Below the pieces are notes generated by a model that was given only the letters and a program-made list of their open reading frames with translations, had not been told where the DNA came from and did not search any database. A stretch of 64,000 bases of DNA from an uncultured Stakelama sp. (GTDB lineage Bacteria > Pseudomonadota > Alphaproteobacteria > Sphingomonadales > Sphingomonadaceae): the NCBI GenBank assembly GCA_964521615.1, contig CAZFTL010000003.1, positions 240,332 through 304,331 on the forward strand, given 5' to 3'. The position numbers were made by a program, and so were the translations under genes. Position 1 is the first letter of the stretch, and every line of letters begins with the position of its first letter. This document shows positions 56,377 through 64,000 of this stretch, piece by piece.

Positions 56377-57684
56377 ATGAACGCGCCGTGGAAACCCGCA
56401 GGCGTCGCGCATCGCGAGCCGTTCGTCGCCTATGTCTGCGACGAGACCACCGCCGAGGCGCTGCGTCCGGTCGTCAGCGAGATGGGCTGGTCTGCCGAGA
56501 AGGTGAACAAGGGCGGCCTGCGCAACGCCGTGCAGTCGCTGTCGGTCTCGGCGAGCCCCCAGGTGTTGTTCGTCGATCTCAGCGAATCGGGCGATCCGCT
56601 CAACGATATCAACGCGCTCGCCGAAGTCTGCGAGCCTGGGACCGTCGTCATCGCGGCGGGCCAGGTCAACGACGTACGCCTCTATCGCGACCTGACCGCC
56701 AGCGGCATCCAGGACTATCTGCTCAAGCCGCTCAATCCCGATGTGCTGCGCGAGGCGTTCGGCAGCGCGCAGGCCGTGCTCAATGCGCCGCGTCTCAATG
56801 AGGCGGCGCCCGACCGTCCGCATTGCGCCACGGCGATCATCGGCACGCGCGGGGGCACCGGTGCCTCGACCATCGCGACCTCGGTCGCGTGGCTGATGAG
56901 CGAGAAAGGTGGCCGCACGACGGCGCTGCTCGATCTCGACGTGCATTTCGGCACCGGCGCGCTTGCGCTCGACCTCGAGCCCGGCCGCGGCCTGACCGAC
57001 GCCATCGAGAATCCCAGCCGGATCGATGGCCTCTTCATCGAACGCGCCATGGTCAAGGCCAGCGAACGGCTGGCGGTGCTGTCGGCCGAAGCGCCGATCA
57101 ACTCGCCGATGATGACCGATGGCGCGGCTTTCTATCAATTGCAGGAAGAAATGCGCGCCGCGTTCGAATGCACGGTCGTCGACCTGCCGCGCGCGCAGTT
57201 GATCCAGCATCCGCATCTGATCCACGACATCCAGACCGCGGTCGTGGTGACCGAGCTCACGCTGGCCGCGGCCCGCGACACGATCCGCATCCTGTCATGG
57301 CTCAAGTCGAACGCGCCGGGCACGCAGGTCGTGGTCGTCGCCAACCGCGTGCCCGCGGGCGCGCAGCTAGAGATCAACCGCAAGGATTTCGAAGGCTCGA
57401 TAGAACGCCGCATCGATTTCCTGATCCCCTACGACCAGAAGCTGGCGGCGCAGGCTGCGAAGCTCGGCAAGCCGATGGCGGAAGCCGGCAAGGGATCGAA
57501 GACCGTCGCACCGCTCGGCGATCTTGCCAACCGCCTGATGGCGGCGGGCGACGCAACGGCGGATATGTCGGGCAAGCCCGCGGGCGGCAAGAAGGACGGC
57601 GGAAAGTCGGGCGGCCAATCGCTGATCGGCAAGTTCGCCGACCTGAAGTCGCTGATGCCCAAGAAGGGCGCGAAGTCGAATTGA
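56377..57684 (+). CDS. cpaE: CpaE/TadZ ParA-MinD-like ATPase with receiver-like N-domain
   Basis: ATG 56377. Deviant Walker A IIGTRGGTGASTIATSVAW. Lys/Gly-rich C-terminal tail. The upstream part of track ORF 55984 was rejected. Confidence 0.8.
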   Translation: MNAPWKPAGVAHREPFVAYVCDETTAEALRPVVSEMGWSAEKVNKGGLRNAVQSLSVSASPQVLFVDLSESGDPLNDINALAEVCEPGTVVIAAGQVNDVRLYRDLTASGIQDYLLKPLNPDVLREAFGSAQAVLNAPRLNEAAPDRPHCATAIIGTRGGTGASTIATSVAWLMSEKGGRTTALLDLDVHFGTGALALDLEPGRGLTDAIENPSRIDGLFIERAMVKASERLAVLSAEAPINSPMMTDGAAFYQLQEEMRAAFECTVVDLPRAQLIQHPHLIHDIQTAVVVTELTLAAARDTIRILSWLKSNAPGTQVVVVANRVPAGAQLEINRKDFEGSIERRIDFLIPYDQKLAAQAAKLGKPMAEAGKGSKTVAPLGDLANRLMAAGDATADMSGKPAGGKKDGGKSGGQSLIGKFADLKSLMPKKGAKSN

Positions 57685-57734
57685 CCCTGGCCGCGCCCAT
57701 CCGGGCCGGCGGAGACATGTGGAGCGTTTGAGCG

Positions 57735-58712
57735 ATGCCGTTGGTGCCGCTGATCACTGTCGTTGCCGGAGCAGGGATCATGCTGGTCCTGCTGGTCGTC
57801 GCCTTTTCCGGGCCGTCGGTGGCGAAGGCGCAATCGCGCCGCCTGAACTCGCTGCGGGAGCGTCATAGCGGGGCGACCAGCGACGCGGCGATGGCGGCCC
57901 AGATGCGCCGTATCACCGGACGCCGCGACAGCAACATGGACACCGCGATGATGCGGTTCCTGCCGCGTCCGGCCGTGCTCAAGAAGCGGCTGGCGATGAC
58001 CGGCAAGAGCTGGACCGTCGGCCAATACGGCATGGCGACGTTCGGCCTGATCGTCGTCATCGCGGCACTGCTGATCATCCGTGGCGCGCCGATGGCGCTG
58101 TCCTTGCTGGTCGCGGTCGTGATCGGCGGCGGCCTGCCGCATTTCGTCGTCGGCTTCTTCATCAAGAGGCGCGTCGCCAAGTTCAACGCGAAGTTCCCCG
58201 ACGCGATCGAGTTGCTCGTGCGCGGCCTGCGCTCCGGCTTGCCGATCAGCGAGACGATGGCGGTGGTCGGTGCGGAAGTCGCCGGCCCGGTCGGCGAGGA
58301 GTTCCGGTCCGTGGCCGACAAGATGAAGATCGGCCGTACGATGGATTCCGCGCTCCAGGATACCGCGGACCGGCTCGGCACGCCCGAATTTCAGTTCTTC
58401 GTCATCTCGATCGCGATCCAGCGCGAAACCGGCGGCAACCTTGCGGAAACGCTCGCGAACCTCGCGACCGTGCTGCGCCAGCGCGGCCAGATGAAGCTCA
58501 AGATCAAGGCGATGTCGTCGGAATCGAAGGCGTCGGCCTATATCGTCGGCTCGCTGCCGTTCATCGTGTTCGGCCTGATCATGTGGATCAGCCCCGGATA
58601 TATGGGCAACTTCTTCGTCGATCAGCGCCTGATCGTCGCCGGCATCGGCGGCTTCATCTGGATGAGCCTGGGCGGCCTGATCATGGCCAAGATGGTCAAT
58701 TTCGAGATCTGA
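57735..58712 (+). CDS. tadB: Tad platform protein TadB (T2SS F family)
   Basis: FPDAIELLVRGLRSGLPISETM...IAIQRETGGNLAE, plus terminal TM helices. Confidence 0.85.
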   Translation: MPLVPLITVVAGAGIMLVLLVVAFSGPSVAKAQSRRLNSLRERHSGATSDAAMAAQMRRITGRRDSNMDTAMMRFLPRPAVLKKRLAMTGKSWTVGQYGMATFGLIVVIAALLIIRGAPMALSLLVAVVIGGGLPHFVVGFFIKRRVAKFNAKFPDAIELLVRGLRSGLPISETMAVVGAEVAGPVGEEFRSVADKMKIGRTMDSALQDTADRLGTPEFQFFVISIAIQRETGGNLAETLANLATVLRQRGQMKLKIKAMSSESKASAYIVGSLPFIVFGLIMWISPGYMGNFFVDQRLIVAGIGGFIWMSLGGLIMAKMVNFEI

Positions 58713-58716
58713 GGCC

Positions 58717-59715
58717 ATGGAACCGCATCATCCCACTCTGCTCGGCGTCGACGTCCTCTGGGTTGGCACCCTGCTCGCCGGTGTCGCAGCTTTCGCCGTC
58801 CTGCTCGCGATCTACGCGGCGACCACCGTGCGCGACCCGATGGCGCGCCGGGTAAAGGCGCTCAACGACCGCCGCGAACAGCTCAAGGCGGGCATTTCGG
58901 CCTCGACCAGCAAGCGCCGCGCGAAGCTAGTCCAGAAGAACGAGACCACCGACCGCATCCGGTCGATCCTGCAGAACCTCAAGGTCCTGCAGGACAGTCA
59001 GGTCAAGGTCGCCCAGACCAAGTTGCTCCAGGCCGGCATCCGGTCGAAGGAATATGCCGTCGCGGTCATTTTCGGACGGCTGATCCTGCCGATCGCCTTC
59101 GGCCTGCCGATGCTCTACCTGGTGTACGGCACCGACATGTTCGCGACCTGGTCGCCGCTCAAGCAATACGGCCTGGTCGCCGGGACCTTCATCCTGGGCT
59201 ACAAGGGCCCGGACATCTATCTGAAGAACAAGATCCAGAAGCGGTCGTCGGCGATCCGCAAGGGCTTGCCCGATGCGCTCGACCTGCTGGTGATCTGCGC
59301 CGAGGCCGGCCTGACCGTCGACACCGCCTTCCACCGCGTGTCGAAGGAGCTGGGCAAGGCCTATCCCGAATTGGGCGACGAATTCGCCCTGACCGCGATC
59401 GAACTGGGCTTCCTCAGCGACCGGCGCCAGGCGTTCGAGAACCTCGCGACGCGCGTCGACCTGGACGCGGTCAAGGGCGTGGTCACGACCATGATCCAGA
59501 CCGAGAAATACGGCACGCCGCTCGCCTCGGCGCTGCGCGTGCTGTCGGCCGAATTCCGCAACGAGCGCATGATGCGCGCCGAGGAAAAGGCCGCGCGTCT
59601 GCCCGCGATCATGACCGTGCCGCTGATCCTGTTCATCCTGCCGACCCTGTTCATCGTCATCCTGGGTCCGGCCGCCTGCAGCATCAACGACGCCTTCCTC
59701 CACGGCGGTCACTGA
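58717..59715 (+). CDS. tadC: Tad platform protein TadC (T2SS F family)
   Basis: LPDALDLLVICAEAGLTVDTAF...MIQTEKYGTPLASAL, plus TM helices. Confidence 0.85.
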   Translation: MEPHHPTLLGVDVLWVGTLLAGVAAFAVLLAIYAATTVRDPMARRVKALNDRREQLKAGISASTSKRRAKLVQKNETTDRIRSILQNLKVLQDSQVKVAQTKLLQAGIRSKEYAVAVIFGRLILPIAFGLPMLYLVYGTDMFATWSPLKQYGLVAGTFILGYKGPDIYLKNKIQKRSSAIRKGLPDALDLLVICAEAGLTVDTAFHRVSKELGKAYPELGDEFALTAIELGFLSDRRQAFENLATRVDLDAVKGVVTTMIQTEKYGTPLASALRVLSAEFRNERMMRAEEKAARLPAIMTVPLILFILPTLFIVILGPAACSINDAFLHGGH

Positions 59716-59721
59716 TCCCGT

Positions 59722-59748
59722 CCCTCCCCGCAAGGTGAGGGGTTTTCC
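59722..59748 (+). terminator. Putative terminator hairpin after tadC
   Basis: CCCTCCCC-GCAA-GGTGAGGG stem (one mismatch, GNRA loop) followed by GTTTTCC. Confidence 0.4.
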
Positions 59749-59816
59749 ACGCCGCTTGCGCCCGCCGGCAACCCGGCGCAGCATGACGCGTTCAATCTCC
59801 AACAGGGAGAGACGCG

Positions 59817-60113
59817 ATGCTGTTCACCGACGTCAACCAATTCGCCGTGCTGGGGCTGGTGCTGATCCTGGGTCTGGTGCTCGGCCTGATGGTCGCGCCC
59901 AAGGGCACCAAATGGCGCAAGCGCTACGAAGCGGAGCGCGACGCCCATGCCGCCTATCGGCAGGATGCCGAAGCGAAGACGCGGGAGCGCGACGCGCTGA
60001 CCACCAATCGCGACGCCTATGTGCGGGATCTGGAGAAGGCGAAGATCGACCTCACCGCCGCAAACGAAAAGCTGGCGGCGGAGAATGCGGAGCTGAAGGC
60101 GCGGGCAGTATGA
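59817..60113 (+). CDS. Single-TM coiled-coil protein (98 aa)
   Basis: An N-terminal TM (FAVLGLVLILGLVLGLMV) followed by a charged heptad-like helix (...RDLEKAKIDLTAANEKLAAENAELKARA). Confidence 0.5.
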   Translation: MLFTDVNQFAVLGLVLILGLVLGLMVAPKGTKWRKRYEAERDAHAAYRQDAEAKTRERDALTTNRDAYVRDLEKAKIDLTAANEKLAAENAELKARAV

Positions 60114-60170
60114 CCTAATTTCCCTCTCCCCTTGGGGAGAGGAAGAGGCGGCTGCCCGCTATTCCATCCC

Positions 60171-60743
60171 CTAACTCAATGCCTTGCAGCTCGATGCCTT
60201 GCGCGCAGCATCGATCGCGGCGAACTGGGCGCGGTCCTGGACCAGGATGCGGATCAGCGCGATGCCGGTCGATCCCTTGACCCGCACCACCGTCATACCG
60301 TCGGGCACCGGCTGCCCGGCCTGGGCGATCGCGATGCGGATCGGCTGGCCGTTGGCCTCGACATTGTTGCGGACGTACGCCGCATCGGTGCGCTCGTCGA
60401 ATACCGAGAGCGACCAATAGACCGCAGGCACCGGCGCGACATCGACCAGCACCGGCCCCTTGGACAGATCGAACGGGCAGGAGGAATAAGCGAGATCGGG
60501 GCTCGGCCGCACGATCATCCGTGCCTTGTCGCTCGCGAGTGGCGCCGCCGTGAGCACGTTGACCCGCGGTCCGCCGGGCGAGCCGCCGAACAACACCGCG
60601 CCGAGCTTGCCCCCGCCCGACGCGCCGGCGATGCGCCCGGTCGCCAGCGTCATCAGGACACGCGGGAATTGCCCAAGCGCGACATTGTAGCCGGCGAACG
60701 CCAGCACGAAGCCGAAGACCAGCGGCAGGATCCAGCGGCGCAT
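60171..60743 (-). CDS. DUF1254-like exported protein
   Basis: ATG 60743 (MRRWILPLVFGFVLAFAG) overlaps the upstream stop (TGATG). ...SPDLAYSSCPFDLSKGPVLV...YWSLSVFD... resembles DUF1254; the call is from memory. Confidence 0.65.
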   Translation of the reverse strand: MRRWILPLVFGFVLAFAGYNVALGQFPRVLMTLATGRIAGASGGGKLGAVLFGGSPGGPRVNVLTAAPLASDKARMIVRPSPDLAYSSCPFDLSKGPVLVDVAPVPAVYWSLSVFDERTDAAYVRNNVEANGQPIRIAIAQAGQPVPDGMTVVRVKGSTGIALIRILVQDRAQFAAIDAARKASSCKALS

Positions 60744-61309
60744 CAGCAACCCTCCTTCACGATCGAGGGCAATTGATCGCGCGTCATGTTCCCGATCCCG
60801 CCATCGTCGGGAAGATAGGCGCGCAAGGTCAGTTCGAACCGGTCGATCCGCCCGGTCGGCAACCATTGCCCCGCCTGTTCGGCCGGCGCGACGAGGATTT
60901 CCCATTTGGCTGGATTGGCAACCGACGCGCTCGCAATGGAGAAGAGGTTGGCCTGGTTCGGGACCAGATAGCCCGAATGATCGTAGAGCGTCAGGCTCCA
61001 CCATTTGGCCGGAATGGCACCGCCGGACACGCGGTATCGGCATTTGCCGTCGAGCGGTTCGCCGGCGCTGTCCACCGCCGCATTGTAATACCGCGCTTCC
61101 TGCGCCGGCAACGCGAGGATACCGCGCAACGCCACTACCGCACGGGTATAGGCCCCGGCGCCGGCCGACCCCAGATCACGTCCCGTCGTCCAGGGCCCGA
61201 TCGCGCGATTGGAGCCAAGCGCCCCGGTGTGCACGCGCTGCACCGCGGCGCCCGCACCCAGCGCCAACCCCATCACGCCGCACAGCGCATAACGGACCCA
61301 GGCTTTCAT
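60743..61309 (-). CDS. DUF1214-like exported protein
   Basis: Signal-like N-terminus. ...EARYYNAAVDSAGEPLDG...YRV...IPAKWWSLTLYD...ELTLRAY resembles DUF1214; the call is from memory. Confidence 0.65.
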   Translation of the reverse strand: MKAWVRYALCGVMGLALGAGAAVQRVHTGALGSNRAIGPWTTGRDLGSAGAGAYTRAVVALRGILALPAQEARYYNAAVDSAGEPLDGKCRYRVSGGAIPAKWWSLTLYDHSGYLVPNQANLFSIASASVANPAKWEILVAPAEQAGQWLPTGRIDRFELTLRAYLPDDGGIGNMTRDQLPSIVKEGC

Positions 61310-61334
61310 GCCCCCTCCCCCAATCGAGGTCGCG

Positions 61335-62171
61335 TCAATTCGGGCAGCGGTGGTAACGCTTCCCTTCCATCGTCATCGCATCGTCGCCGATCCGATCCAC
61401 CTTGAGCGTCTGATCGAATGGCTTGTTGTCGGCGGTGTAGTTGCCGGTGACGGTGACGGTCTTGCCGTCGAGCGACCAGCGGCCCATGCCGCGCTTGCCG
61501 TAAAAGCCGCCGCCCGCCCCGAAATTGACCGCCCGCCGCGCCGTACAATCGCCATTCTCCGCACCCCATCGACCCGACAGCCACGTGCGATTGACGCCAC
61601 CCGGCATGGGCTTGGGAGTCGGTTTCGCGGTCGGGCTGGGCTTGGGCTTCGGCTTGTCGTCAGGTTTCGGCGACGGTCTGGGCGTCGGTGACGGTTTGGG
61701 AGACGGCTTGGCCGTGGGCTTGGGCGATGGTGAAGCTGACGGGCTCGGCGCCGGAGCCGGCGACGGGCTGACCGACGGCGCCGGAACGGGACTCGGCGCC
61801 AGGTCAGTCACCACCGGACTGGCAACCGGGCTCGGTTCGGGCACCGGTGCGTAGCGATTGGGATCGGCGACATCGTCGCGGAACATCCAATTGTCGCCAT
61901 AGCGAACGAACCGACCGGTACGCGTGGCCGACTTGTCGCATTTGCCGGTGAACGGACTGCAGGTCGTCGCGCGATAGTCGCAGACATAACCCGGCCGGTC
62001 AGGCGCTGTCTTGCACGCGATGCGCTCGGTCGACTGCACCTTCGCGCCCGACCGACGCAGCGCGTCGGCAATGTCCTTTTCGGACGGGCCGTCACCGCTT
62101 CCGAACGGGCTGCACGCGGCCAGCGGCGCCACCATCGCGAACATCAGCCAGCGCGTCTTTCCCAAGCTCAT
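61335..62171 (-). CDS. Lipoprotein with two small Cys-containing domains joined by a long P/S/K-rich linker
   Basis: ATG 62171 (MSLGKTRWLMFAMVAPLAAC lipobox). Linker ...PSPVPAPSVSPSPAPAPSPSASPSPKPTAKPSPKPSPTPRPSPKPDDKPKPKPSPTAKPTPKP... Confidence 0.6.
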   Translation of the reverse strand: MSLGKTRWLMFAMVAPLAACSPFGSGDGPSEKDIADALRRSGAKVQSTERIACKTAPDRPGYVCDYRATTCSPFTGKCDKSATRTGRFVRYGDNWMFRDDVADPNRYAPVPEPSPVASPVVTDLAPSPVPAPSVSPSPAPAPSPSASPSPKPTAKPSPKPSPTPRPSPKPDDKPKPKPSPTAKPTPKPMPGGVNRTWLSGRWGAENGDCTARRAVNFGAGGGFYGKRGMGRWSLDGKTVTVTGNYTADNKPFDQTLKVDRIGDDAMTMEGKRYHRCPN

Positions 62172-62214
62172 ACCCGCTGAGTGCGGTCGCGGCCCGCCCG
62201 AAGTCAACCCCGTC

Positions 62215-64000
<1,786 letters not shown>

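Noticed and set aside
60715-60780. Apparent 1-nt frame inconsistency when I hand-translated the printed sequence around 60718-60722 against the ORF track
   Set aside because: Positions on both sides (60171, 61307-61309, 61335) agree with the track, and the track proteins read through cleanly. I treat it as my own counting error, not as a frameshift or pseudogene. Coordinates there follow the ORF track.

Overview
High-GC chromosomal segment (third codon positions are overwhelmingly G/C). Gene content and repeat style look alphaproteobacterial, most like a sphingomonad, but that is inference only. I call about 70 protein genes, and nearly all are core metabolism or housekeeping. They include glnB-glnA, an aldehyde dehydrogenase and a quinone oxidoreductase, and an SLC13/TrkA-C permease. 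A small polysaccharide block holds a GT4 glycosyltransferase, an O-antigen-ligase-like protein and an acyltransferase. Further genes are DJ-1/PfpI, topoisomerase IB, MscS, a TetR unit, MaoC dehydratase plus thiolase, intracellular PHA depolymerase and an ABC exporter. Also present are RNase R, glpD, trhO, an archaeal/eukaryotic-type proS, gcvT-gcvH-gcvPA-gcvPB behind a tandem glycine riboswitch, ispH-thrB-rnhA, a cpaABCDE-tadBC Tad pilus cluster, and the 3' part of ppdK. I found no rRNA, tRNA, CRISPR array, transposase, integrase, reverse transcriptase or recognisable defence gene. I did not find a convincing, wholly new multi-gene system. The most unusual observations are: (1) the Tad cluster has no CpaF/TadA motor ATPase and no Flp pilin gene. 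(2) Two families of hairpin/inverted-repeat (REP/MITE-like) elements are scattered through the window; one copy of about 141 bp sits in frame inside rnr, and another supplies the C-terminus and stop codon of the acyltransferase. (3) A tandem pair of paralogous tail-anchored small proteins lies directly downstream of rnr. (4) An orphan HTH-S24 repressor module with two divergent small genes sits beside the polysaccharide genes. (5) A near-perfect palindromic operator is embedded in back-to-back consensus promoters at the TetR locus. CDS coordinates follow the supplied ORF track, with starts re-chosen by hand. Non-coding coordinates were hand-counted and may be off by 1-2 nt.
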